Positions 1 to 9,648 of a stretch of DNA of 64,000 nucleotides are shown piece by piece (within the stretch, counting starts at the first letter, position 1; each line of letters begins with the position of its first letter). A program made the translations under genes and the position numbers. Below the pieces are notes generated by a model that was not told where the DNA came from, ran no database searches, and saw nothing but the letters and a program-made list of their open reading frames with translations. Origin of the DNA: Deltaproteobacteria bacterium (GTDB taxonomy: Bacteria; Bdellovibrionota_C; UBA2361; SZUA-149; JADZAE01); assembly GCA_020852715.1 (NCBI GenBank), contig JADZAE010000077.1, positions 39,622 through 103,621 on the forward strand, written 5' to 3'.

Positions 1-2
1 GG

Positions 3-215
3 AAATTATATGGAGCAAAAACGACACCGCATATCTTCATTATCGACACTAATGGAAACATCGCCTATATAGGCGCAGCTGATGCCGATAGCTCTCCAAC
101 GGCGAACCCAAAGGAAACAAAGAATTATATCGCCGCCGCGCTTGATGAGCAGCTAGCAGGGCAGTCTGTTTCTACCCCGGTAACAACTGCTTATGGATGC
201 TCAATAAAATATTAA
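3..215 (+). CDS. Thioredoxin-fold thiol-disulfide oxidoreductase (TlpA/ResA-like), C-terminal fragment. The N-terminus lies outside the window.
   Basis: Frame-3 translation ...KLYGAKTTPHIFIIDTNGNIAYIGAADADSSPTANPKE...IKY* resembles the C-terminal beta-strand region of TlpA/redoxin-family proteins. Stop TAA at 213-215. Confidence 0.45.
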   Translation, partial: KLYGAKTTPHIFIIDTNGNIAYIGAADADSSPTANPKETKNYIAAALDEQLAGQSVSTPVTTAYGCSIKY

Positions 216-301
216 TTCCGATAGGCGTTTTGACAATTACCTATAGATGTTATAGTTTTAGACCCCTCTTTTTAATTTTGATATGAGTAAAGGTTGTTAG
301 G

Positions 302-357
302 CTCACAGCGCCGCGCTGCATGTGCGACGCTGTGAGATAAGTAGGAAAGGTTTAAAG
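302..357 (+). promoter_or_regulatory. Conserved leader element, copy 1: hairpin (ctcacagcg / cgctgtgag), then GCTGTGAGATAAG, then AAAGGTTTAAAG, immediately upstream of the 400..822 gene.
   Basis: The same motif occurs at 5643-5692 and 17592-17613. The stems have different sequences but keep their pairing, which suggests an RNA-level element. Confidence 0.45.
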
Positions 358-385
358 CTGACTTGGTCAGCTTCAATGTTTTTTT
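355..385 (+). terminator. Intrinsic-terminator-like hairpin (aagctgac-ttg-gtcagctt + caatgTTTTTTT) between the leader motif and the RBS of the 400..822 gene. Possible attenuator.
   Basis: Perfect 8-bp stem with a 3-nt loop, followed by a T7 run. It lies upstream of the GGGGAGG RBS and the ATG at 400. Confidence 0.5.
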
Positions 386-399
386 GGGGAGGATTCACT

Positions 400-822
400 A
401 TGTCAATCGGGTATCAGTACTGTAAATGGATTGAGTTTTTATTCGGGGATTACGATCCGGCTTTAAAACTCGGTGGAGACATTAAAGTTTCCGACGAGAT
501 CGAGCTAAGCATACTCCAGGCTATCATGAAAGCAACTAGTATAGTCGGAGAGCAAGATCCAAATGTCTTAACCAATGCACTTATGACGCTGGGAGGGCAG
601 TTCAAAGTAGCTGCCGTTTGCTGGGTAATACAAAGCAGCACAGCAAGAAAAGCAAATAAAGCTGCTAATAATGCTGCAAAATGTTACGATATGGCCGTTG
701 ATTGTGCGGAGCTTGCTGAGCTTGATTGGACCATTCCTGAGCTGCAAGAGATGGAGTCCGAGGCGCATACTTTGGCACTAAAGACACTTCCAAAGCCGGC
801 ACGGGATTTTCCAATTCCTTAA
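400..822 (+). CDS. Hypothetical 140-aa protein, family A, paralog 1. Weakly similar to the 5708..6130 product.
   Basis: ORF with GGGGAGG RBS 8 nt upstream of the ATG at 400. Shared segment LTNALMTLGGQFKVAAVCWV versus IANMLSALGAKIAKLAVQLV in 5708..6130. No domain I recognise. Confidence 0.55.
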   Translation: MSIGYQYCKWIEFLFGDYDPALKLGGDIKVSDEIELSILQAIMKATSIVGEQDPNVLTNALMTLGGQFKVAAVCWVIQSSTARKANKAANNAAKCYDMAVDCAELAELDWTIPELQEMESEAHTLALKTLPKPARDFPIP

Positions 823-847
823 AAAATATTTTTTAGGAGGTTTTAAG

Positions 848-1247
848 ATGAATAATGATGAGACTAGTCCTCTCAGACTACTTGAAGTAATTCGCGAGGA
901 ACTGGCCTCGCAGAAATGTCGGAGAGGGATTCAGACAGAATTATCCTTGAAATAAAGGCTGCACTTAATGTGGCTTTTAGTCAAGTTGATTCAGATGCCC
1001 GCGAGTTGGCATTTGCCATGAGCGAGTTGGGAAAGCAGCTCAAGATCGCAGCGGAAACCTGAGCCTCTCAATATGAGACCCGGAAGAAAGCCGTTGAAAG
1101 CGCAATCTGCGCAGCACTGTGCTATGGAAAAGCCACCGTCCATCCCAAGTTAATCAGCCAAAATTGGCTTGATCAGGAAGACGAATGGCAAGGTAAAGAG
1201 TATGAAGCGATCTCTTTCGCTAATACTCTACTCCGGAGAAGATAGTC
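848..1247 (+). pseudogene. Small hypothetical gene disrupted by a frameshift near 916-930 and an in-frame TGA at 1060-1062.
   Basis: AGGAGG RBS before the ATG at 848. The reading continues in the +2 frame (MSERDSDRIILEIKAALNVAF...AAET*ASQYETRKKAVESAICAAL...RRR*) through a TGA. Confidence 0.3.
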
Positions 1248-1257
1248 TTATTTAAGC

Positions 1258-1312
1258 ATGCCCGCAAGATGTTATGGTTAAGCATAGTTACTGACCACAA
1301 CATCTTGCGGCT
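1258..1312. repeat. Long hairpin (13/14-bp stem gcccgcaagatgtt / aacatcttgcgggc, 25-nt loop) downstream of the disrupted small gene.
   Basis: Inverted repeat read directly from the sequence. No T-run follows. Confidence 0.4.
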
Positions 1313-1688
1313 GAAGGCCGGGGCATAGACGGAGTCTTATGCACGAATCCATCGGTTGCGTTACTTCAGAGTACCCGCGCTAGCACCAATGACGCCCATA
1401 ATATTGCGGCGCCTATGGAACTCGACCCATCTTTGGAAACGAAGCGGACAAAGTGGGTCGCCACCGATGCGCATTCACGCGGTGCTTGTCGGCTTCGCCA
1501 CACACCGCCGCCGATATAAACCCATCGCTGATGAATTTTGAACAAATCAAGGTTGATAGAAACTACTTGTCTCACTATTCTTATTACTGACATTACCGGG
1601 AATGCAAGAATCATCTTGCCTTGCCCTCCTGAAAACGGAAACGGATATCTATACCGAAGCTGTTAGCCGAACCGCATGCAGAAAATGT

Positions 1689-4600
1689 ATGTTCGAAAAA
1701 GTAAAACCCTGGGTTGATTTTATTGAGCTGGAGCACAAAGTGCTTCAATTCTGGGATAAAGAGCAAATCTTCCAGCAACTAATTTCAAAAAACCAAAACG
1801 GCCCACGCTGGTCTTTTCTCGATGGCCCAATCACGGCCAACAATTCAATGGGAGTGCATCACGCTTGGGGGCGCACCTTAAAAGACACTTTTCAGCGCTA
1901 CCATGCCATGGAAGGCCAATGCCTTCGCTACCAAAACGGCTTTGACTGCCAAGGACTGTGGGTGGAAGTGGAGGTAGAAAAGCAGTTAGAGTTTAAGTGC
2001 AAAAAAGACATTGAAGCATTTGGCATAGAGAAGTTTGTGAATCTTTGTAAAGAGCGAGTTCACAAATATAGCAAACAAATCACCGCGCTGTCTCGGCGGC
2101 TTGGTTACTGGATAGACTGGGATAATAGTTATTTCACCATGTCCGATGAAAATAACTATACGATCTGGAGCTTCTTAAAAAAGTGCCATGAGCGCGGCTT
2201 GATTTATCACGACTATGACGTTATGCCCTGGTGCCCACGCTGCGGTACCGGTCTATCACAACACGAAATGGGCGAAGGCTATAAAGAAATTGCTCATACC
2301 TCAGTGATCGTCAGATTCCCGCTCACCGAGTGTGGAAACGAATATCTGCTTGTCTGGACAACAACTCCGTGGACTTTATCTTCTAACGTTGCCGTTGCCG
2401 TAAATCCGGATACAATTTATCTTAAAGCCCGACAAGGCGGCGACATTTTAATACTCGCCAAGGCGCTAGCCGATAAAGTGCTAAAAGCTAAAGGTGCCTA
2501 CGAAATCCTATCTGAGCTTCCCGGTAGCGAACTACTTAATTTGAAATACGCTGGTCCCTACGACGAATTACCGGCACAGGTTAAGAACAAACTACGGCAT
2601 AAAGTAATTGCCTGGAAAGAAGTAAGCGACGCTGATGGCACAGGCTTAGTGCATATCGCTCCGGGCTGCGGCAAGAAAGACTTCGCGCTAGGAAAGAAAA
2701 ATGGTCTGCTCGCGCTTTGCTCGATCAGCGAGGAAGGCATTTACGGCGAGGGCTTCGGCTTTCTCACCGGCAAACACGCAAGTTCAGTCGCCGAAGAAGT
2801 GGTAGCGAATCTTAAGAAAAAACAAATTCTCTACTCACAAGAAAAGTTCAAACACAGCTATCCTCATTGTTGGCGCTGCGGCACTGAGCTCTTATTCCGC
2901 TTAGTTAAGGAATGGTTTATTTCCATGGATAGCTGACGCTCTGAAATCATGGAAGTAACTAAGCAAATCACCTGGATTCCAAGTTACGGCAAAGAGCTGG
3001 AGCTAGATTGGCTTAAAAACATGCATGATTGGATGATCTCCAAAAAACGCTATTGGGGATTGGCGCTACCGATCTGGATTTGTCAGGACAAAAACTGTGC
3101 TCACTTTGAAGTTATCGGCAGCAAAGAAGAGTTTAAGGAAAAGGCAATCAGCGGCTGGCAAGACTTTGATGGTCATTCACCGCATCGACCATGGATAGAT
3201 AATGTCCTCATAAAATGTCCAAAATGTGGTGGCCAGGCCAAACGTATTCCCGATGTCGGCAACCCGTGGCTTGATGCCGGTATAGTTCCTTATTCAACAA
3301 TCAAATACAACTCCGACCAAGAGTATTTTAAGCAATGGTTTCCGGCTGACTTAGTGCTTGAATGCTTTCCCTGACAATTTAAGAATTGGTTTTATAGTCT
3401 GCTCGCGATGAGTACGATGATGGAGAATAAGCCACCTTTTAAAACTTTGCTTGGACATGCCTTAGCCAGAGATGAAAAGGGTGCCGAGATGCATAAAAGC
3501 GCCGGCAATGCCATCTGGTTTGACGATGCCACAGAGAAGATGGGCGTCGACGTTATGCGCTGGTTGTATTGCGGCCAGGACGCCACAATCAATCTCAACT
3601 TGGCTTTAATATCACCAAAGAAATTAGGGGAGGGGTAGTTAATACCTATTGGAATACTTACTCGTTCTTTTGTAACGTTGCCGCCGCTGCCAATTTTATT
3701 CCTCAGCGCTCAGCAAGCGAGCCCAAGGACAGGCCGGAAATAGACAGATAGATTATCGCCAAGCTCAATGCCTACTATAAGGTTGCCGCACGTTGTTATG
3801 AGCAGTGCGACACCCACGCTGTTGACAAAGGCGCTGAAGATTTTCTGGAAAATCTTAGTAACTGGTATATTCGGCTCTGCCGCCGACGTTTTTGGGGAGA
3901 GTTATCGGTAAATTCCGACGCGCTTAGCGCTTTTCAAACACTTTATGAGTGCCTGGAGGGATTAACGCGCATTGTAGCTCCGATGCTTCCGTTTATAACT
4001 GAGAATATTTATCAAAATCTTGTTCTCGGTCATGATAAAAATGCGCCGGCCAGTATTCATCTAAGCGACTTTCCAATAGCTAAAGAGGAATTGATTAACA
4101 CCAAGTTAATCGACGAGATGGACGCTATCAGAAAACTTACCACACTGGCTTTATCAGCGCGGGAAAATGCCAAAATAAAGATCAGACAACCTTTAGCTGA
4201 GATTGTTGTCGAGACCGGGGATGTTTTAGTAAAAAAAGCAGCCGATAAATTTAAAGATTTATCACTGGAAACGCTGAACATCAAACTGATGCAGATAAAA
4301 GAGGTCGGGGCTCTCGGCTACCAATTCAAAGTCCAACCCAATTACAAAACCTTAGGACCTAAGCTTGGAGCAGGGTTAAATAAAGTAATTGCGGCGATTG
4401 CCGCTCAGCCCCCCGCAGCGCTTAAAGAACAAATAGATAAACATAAAAGTGCGGCCCTGACTGTAGAAGGACAGTCTGTTACTATAAGTGCTGAAGATAT
4501 CACCTTTAGTATATTACCCATTGCTTCATACAGCATGGCTTCTGACGCCAAATCTGTTGTCGCGGTGAACACCACAATAGATGAAGTGCTGGCTCAGGAA

Positions 4601-4861
4601 GGGTTAATGCTTGATCTGTTGCGCAAGCTCCAAGAGCTGCGCAAAGAAACTGGCCTCGATATCTCTGATCGGATAAATCTTAGCTACAGCACAGAGTCTC
4701 AAGCACTAAAGGCGATGTTTAGCGTTTGGGGGCCATACATCAAAGACGAACTGCTTTGCGAAAAGCTTGAAGTTAGTAGTGACTTAGCTAAAGAACTTGA
4801 GGTGCTTGGAGAACGATTGGCCGTGCAGATCACGAAAATCAATAATCCGCAACACCCATAA
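1689..4861 (+). pseudogene. ileS: Isoleucyl-tRNA synthetase, type 2 (eukaryote/Thermus-like), pseudogene. Three in-frame stops (TGA 2934-2936, TGA 3372-3374, TAG 3749-3751) and a frameshift near 3585-3605. Catalytic motifs are degenerate.
   Basis: N-terminus MFEKVKPW...GPITANNSMGVHHAWGRTLKD, with the HIGH motif replaced by [38 protein letters not shown] region reads EMHKSAGN. The TAG replaces the W of the conserved DRWI motif (EIDR*IIAKLN). WNTYSFF appears in a shifted frame. The C-terminal domain is in ORF 3983..4861. Confidence 0.85.
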
Positions 4862-5046
4862 TTTCACTCGCATTTACACACCGTCATGGTATCATCCGCG
4901 CGTTACTGGAAATATAAAAGCTCATAATTCCGTCAGACGTAATCATATACACAAATGCATTCGTAGGGAGGGCCTTTGGCCATCCGCCGCCTCCGCATAA
5001 TCATGGTGGCATTCGGCAAAGCCGCACGGCATGGCGATCACTCAAC

Positions 5047-5432
5047 CTGAGGGCACGCACAGCGTCTGAGTCTTATACATAAGTTGTGAAAGTGGGCTTT
5101 TAAAAGGCTCTAGCGTTAGCTTCACAAATTTTCAAATTACAATGAGGCTTTGTGGAACGCGGACCCAGTCGCTCCGCAACATGGGTCGCGTTCCACAGTA
5201 GCTACGACTTTTGTCGCGTCATGCTATTTTGTAACAACATTAGAACCTGACATTCTTGGTGGGCAGCTTGTGTATAAGACTCAGCACAGCGTGCCGCTAC
5301 GTCATCTCATTAAATAATATTATTATGAGGGGAATTAAATTCATATGTTGCAGCGTTCATATTGTTTGCCGTGACAACATACGTTGTAGCGGCACGCTGC
5401 GCGTGCCCTCAGAAAACAAAATCACAATTATG
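5047..5432. repeat. Palindromic element (arms CTGAGGGCACGC(A/G)CAGCGTGCCGCTAC at 5047-5065 + 5285-5300, and 5406-5432) whose left arm is split by the MITE insertion.
   Basis: If the MITE and one TSD copy are removed, the left arm becomes a near-perfect inverse of the right arm. A related motif GGGCACGCTGCGCGTGGCCC occurs at 52769-52790. Confidence 0.5.
5066..5284. mobile_element. Non-autonomous miniature element (~219 bp, MITE) with IS50/Tn5-like 19-bp terminal inverted repeats and an 8-bp target-site duplication CACAGCGT.
   Basis: Left end ctgagtcttatacataagt; right end (reverse complement) ctgagtcttatacacaagc. Tn5 outside end is CTGACTCTTATACACAAGT. Flanking direct repeat cacagcgt at 5058-5065 and 5285-5292. 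No ORF inside. Confidence 0.6.
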
Positions 5433-5642
5433 CAAACCCGCATGCGCCGATTCCCCTACGCCCACCACCTTCTCCCCATCATGGTGGCTCATCAACTATG
5501 TAATACAGGTAAAATACTACAAAATTATCCTCCCTAACCCCCCCAATGTTTATTCATAACAATTCTTTGACAATCCGCTATACATTTAATAGAAACTAGC
5601 TCAGTTCTTTTTCATATAGGTAAATACGATTCTAACTCTCAT

Positions 5643-5692
5643 AGCCTCGCACTTATTAGCGGGAGGCTGTGAGATAAGCCAAGGTTTTAAAG
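5643..5692 (+). promoter_or_regulatory. Conserved leader element, copy 2: hairpin agcctcgc / gcgggaggct, then GCTGTGAGATAAG, then AAGGTTTTAAAG, directly before the RBS of the 5708..6130 gene.
   Basis: A 30-nt block shared with 329-357 and 17592-17613. Followed by AAAGGAG and the ATG at 5708. Confidence 0.45.
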
Positions 5693-5707
5693 AAAGGAGA
5701 AAAAACA

Positions 5708-6130
5708 ATGGAAGCCATTGACCGGCACTTAGCACTTTCCTGGGAGAGTTTCTTTCGGGTATTTACACAGGTGAAGGGAAACTGCACACAGGTCACCTCT
5801 GATCAATTTGTAGAATTGCTGCAATCTTTTCAAAGCGTAGTAACCACATTTGAACATGGGCCCACGCAGACCCAGATAGCAAATATGCTCAGCGCACTGG
5901 GGGCAAAAATAGCAAAGCTGGCCGTACAACTTGTACACAACGAACCCCATTCATTACTTTGTTGTCGCGCAGGCATGGATTTATTTATTTGTGCCCAACA
6001 CTGCCAGCTGCAAGCTGCTCGCATTTATGGCGACCAAGGCCATCATAAGGAGCAAGACGAGGCATATTTTGCTTTGCTTGGAAGTATTGGCAGCGCGCAG
6101 GTAGCAGCTTTGAAATTGGCCCGAACTTGA
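5708..6130 (+). CDS. Hypothetical 140-aa protein, family A, paralog 2.
   Basis: ORF with AAAGGAG RBS. Weak similarity to the 400..822 product. The terminator follows. Confidence 0.55.
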   Translation: MEAIDRHLALSWESFFRVFTQVKGNCTQVTSDQFVELLQSFQSVVTTFEHGPTQTQIANMLSALGAKIAKLAVQLVHNEPHSLLCCRAGMDLFICAQHCQLQAARIYGDQGHHKEQDEAYFALLGSIGSAQVAALKLART

Positions 6131-6135
6131 CCGAG

Positions 6136-6169
6136 AAAAGGTGGAGATTGTCGCTAATCTCCACCTTTT
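6136..6169 (+). terminator. Rho-independent terminator (aaaaggtggaga / tctccacctttt, 12-bp stem).
   Basis: Perfect inverted repeat plus a T-run, 6 nt after the stop at 6128-6130. Confidence 0.7.
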
Positions 6170-6236
6170 AGGATTTAGCTTATCTCACTAACTTTAATAA
6201 TTTTCTGCTTCCTACTAATCTACATGTTTTCCGTAA

Positions 6237-6676
6237 ATTCAAATTCGCAAATCCGTCACTATCTGCTCTTTCGTTCATGTAAACCTTGACGAACAAAAGG
6301 CGGCTTTTGGTTGTGCCAACACCTCCAACGATGATGTTCCCGATGATGAATGGACAAGGATATTCGAATCTCACAACGATTTAATTAGAACAGCGTTAAA
6401 CAAAGGAGAGACAGTTGTTCAAGAAACTGCCAGCACAACTCGAGAGTGGCGCGCTCGTGCTAGGAAAACAGCGCAGGATCTGGGTTTTGCTCCTTATGTA
6501 ATATTTGTTGATATTTCTGAGTCTGTTATCTGGAAAAGGTGGCAGCAAAACGCAATTAATCACTCCCGCTATCACACACCAAAAAATGTCCTCAGTGCTT
6601 ACATTCAGGAATTTGAAAGGCCTAGCGCTGACGAGAACGTGCTTCGTTACGACGAATCGATACCACTAATCAAGTA
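6237..6676 (+). pseudogene. C-terminal fragment of a P-loop kinase-like (AAA_33/zeta-toxin-like) protein. It has no start codon and no N-terminal P-loop.
   Basis: Open frame ...VHVNLDEQKAAFGCANTS...APYVIFVDISESVIWKRWQQNAINHSRYHTPKNVLSAYIQEFERP... with no ATG. The family assignment is tentative. Confidence 0.3.
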
Positions 6677-6828
6677 GCTAAATACTTTAAAGCTTACTGC
6701 TAGTTAATTTGATCAACGCACAAACTTCTTCTTCCTTAACCTAATAAATAGCTAATGCCTAACTAAACAATTTGTTATAAACTCTCGGTGTCGCATTTTT
6801 CTAATCCGAACATAAGAAAATTTGAAAT

Positions 6829-7327
6829 ATGAAACTCTTCAACAAAACCGTTCTGATGGCCACAGCTTTAGGGACGGTATGCCTGGGTGCTTTCGCATCT
6901 AATACGTCTGCCGAAAAAGTATGCGTCAATAGCAGCGGAGTTCTATATTATCGCTCTACTACTGCATGTCCGTCCGGGCAAAGAGATGTTACGGCATCAA
7001 TTATTGGACAAACTGGATCAACAGGCGCAACTGGGTTAATTGATCCGTCAGGTTGAGTCGTTTATACGAAATCTGATTTAGGCACTCTTTTCGATTCTCC
7101 TCCCTACACAGCAAGCGTTTCTAATGATTGCGTCGTTGATGTCTCTCCGGATTATTATATGTTGACATGGGGATTCACTTCCTCTGCTTCCGGAAGCGCC
7201 ACGCCAAGCAAAGCTAACTTAATTTATAATTCTTACTATGCTACAGGAATTGATGTGATGGTGACAAACAGCACCGATCAAACTGTGAACGTCAGAGTGG
7301 TTTGTTGCCCAGGGCCAGTAACTAATT
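6829..7327 (+). pseudogene. Secreted protein with a signal peptide and G-x-T triplets (GQTGSTGATG), interrupted by an in-frame TGA at 7054-7056.
   Basis: MKLFNKTVLMATALGTVCLGAFA... then TGA, then the same frame continues VVYTKSDLGTLFDSPPYTASV...VVCCPGPVTN*. A collagen/BclA-like short triplet stretch. Confidence 0.4.
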
Positions 7328-7731
7328 AGCCCCCCGATGACCGTCTGCCTGGTACCGGGTGCCAAAATAGACGCAGATGTCCGCTTGGTAGCGGGTGCTA
7401 GTATAGAGGCCAAGTGAGCGAACCAGCAAATATGGAACACAAAGCACCACACTCACCTTAGATCGACTTCATCACCTAAAATCAGGCTAACTACATCACA
7501 ATAAATTTGCTAATTGCCGCTCTTCAACTAAATTTAAATAGAGAACTCCACTAGAACTGCAAATTCCAACTCCAATGAGGCTTATCGGTAACCTGGATCT
7601 TCTTAGATGCGAAAATCAAGCGCCATAAAATTAAAAATATTATATTCTTAGGGGTTTGCGACTATCGGCGCCGAAGATACCGGGTGCTAGTTTGCGGCTG
7701 GGGTTTGAGGGGAGCGGGGGTTAATGTTTAG

Positions 7732-9618
7732 CTAGTTTCCGCCGAAATGAGCTGATGGGCCAGCCGAAGCCTGCGCTTTCCTTAACTGAAATGCTATGTT
7801 CTTAGCCTTAAATTCAGTCAATGGGTCTAGCATTTTGGTCGCCATTTGCGCCAGTTCTTCATAGGCTACTGCATCGTCAGTAATATCAAAAATAGCAATC
7901 GAGTTTCCGGCCCAGGCAATAGGCTTTCGCTCTCTTAGCCAAGCATGAAGCTCATGATCCGAAATATACATATCGACCAAGCTTGTCGCCGAGATAGCCA
8001 GCAAGTCTCGCCCACTAGGATCAGGGCCATCTTTATCGGTTTCCAGCAGGACCGAACCAATATCGAAACGCTTATCCCGAATGCGATGATATGCATTAAC
8101 CCCATGCGCGCTTGGTAATGCCGTCCCAAAATATTCCAGCCATAAACGGCGATAAGGGATAGAGCGAAGCTGCTCGGCTAATTGCGGCAGGCCTTGACCC
8201 CAATCAACATTAGCATCAGACAATAACTGCCAAGTTTTTTTGGGCCCCCCGGCAATTTCATTAGAGTAAGTGATGGCATTGGGATGATTAGCCAATGTTC
8301 CTATTCCCAACCAATGCAAAGCTACTATGACAATAACGCGCCCAATAGAAAACTGCAGTAGATGTGCCATTACTGCGCCACCAGCCACAGCAAGAAAGGG
8401 GACAATAGGGAAGATTTGCCGAACCCCATTACATACACCGGAAACTGTAGCGCCGGCAAATATCAACACCGGAACAGCCAGTATAGCAATCACCATGTCG
8501 GGAGCGCGGCGAAGATGCAAAATCACAAAACATATTCCACAAAGCGCAGCGACGATGATGGGAATCGGGGTTTTTATTAACCAGCCCAAGGGAAAATACA
8601 AAGGCCAGCAATGATCAGAATATTGTCCTAGGAAATAAGACAAATGTCCTTTTTCAGCGTGGTTATGTTGAAACTTCAGCGCCTCCCACCAAATAGCTGG
8701 CCCCTCAGGAAGACACACTATAGTAAAAATATTTCCGGCAATCATTGCAATAATAGCTGCCGACAAGGCACGCCCACGAAGCTCAGCAAAACTTGTTCCG
8801 CCGCGCCGAACTAAAGAAGCAACCACAAGCAAACAAAGCACGGGGAGAATAATCACGGCGGTCACTTTTGAAGCCAAAGCAAGGCCAACAGCTAATCCTG
8901 CCCCAAATAAAAACCAAGGCCGTTTATTATTAAGCGCCGCTACGCTCAGCGCAAGTGCAATAAAAATCAGAGCAGTGGACGGCATATCTAAAGTTGCCAG
9001 CCCGGCAAGGGCAACCACTTGTGGATCAAAACAATAAATGGCTAAAGCCAATATTCCTGCAGCTTTACCAAAAAAATGCTGTGCCAATAACCATACTCCA
9101 CAAGCCAATAGTACAGAAAGCAGCAGGACTACCGAACGTGCGCGGAGTAATAATGTTGGAGTAAGCGTTGGGTCGCCATACAATAGCGCTGGAGCAAAAG
9201 TCCATATCAAATCTCGCTTATAGCCAGGCACTGTTTCTAGTGGCGGCAGGCCCGCGCCTAGCCATGAAGCGCCAAGCAATATTTTAATTGCTGGCGGATG
9301 ATCAATTAAAAACTGCTTATGGGAATCCACAATGAAAGCGTAACCAGAACTGGCATAAACCGGCTCGTCGTAAGTGGCCGATTGGCGCCGCGCTTGATCA
9401 AAAACCAACCCAACATGAAAAGCAATAAATGATAACCCCAACAAAACACCAATCCATGGTTTTTTAGTTAGCCCGCGCAGTGTTTCAACAATAACCATCT
9501 CCCCTTGATCCCAGTAAAACAATTCTTTCAATATGCTTGCACCTGGAATAGCAACTACCATCAGCTCAGTCAACCGCATACTCAATCGTCTATTTTCTGG
9601 TGTTTTTTTTGATAACAA
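7732..9618 (-). CDS. GT-C-fold glycosyltransferase of the PMT/ArnT family (GT39/GT83-like, protein or lipid mannosyl/arabinosyl-transferase-like). 628 aa, multi-TM, with a C-terminal soluble domain.
   Basis: N-terminal loop motif RRQSATYDEPVYASSGY (the DE motif of the PMT/ArnT family). More than 10 predicted TM segments. Intact ORF. Confidence 0.75.
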   Translation of the reverse strand: MLSKKTPENRRLSMRLTELMVVAIPGASILKELFYWDQGEMVIVETLRGLTKKPWIGVLLGLSFIAFHVGLVFDQARRQSATYDEPVYASSGYAFIVDSHKQFLIDHPPAIKILLGASWLGAGLPPLETVPGYKRDLIWTFAPALLYGDPTLTPTLLLRARSVVLLLSVLLACGVWLLAQHFFGKAAGILALAIYCFDPQVVALAGLATLDMPSTALIFIALALSVAALNNKRPWFLFGAGLAVGLALASKVTAVIILPVLCLLVVASLVRRGGTSFAELRGRALSAAIIAMIAGNIFTIVCLPEGPAIWWEALKFQHNHAEKGHLSYFLGQYSDHCWPLYFPLGWLIKTPIPIIVAALCGICFVILHLRRAPDMVIAILAVPVLIFAGATVSGVCNGVRQIFPIVPFLAVAGGAVMAHLLQFSIGRVIVIVALHWLGIGTLANHPNAITYSNEIAGGPKKTWQLLSDANVDWGQGLPQLAEQLRSIPYRRLWLEYFGTALPSAHGVNAYHRIRDKRFDIGSVLLETDKDGPDPSGRDLLAISATSLVDMYISDHELHAWLRERKPIAWAGNSIAIFDITDDAVAYEELAQMATKMLDPLTEFKAKNIAFQLRKAQASAGPSAHFGGN

Positions 9619-9648
9619 CTCTCCCTTAAAAAGGGATAAGTTTTCTTC

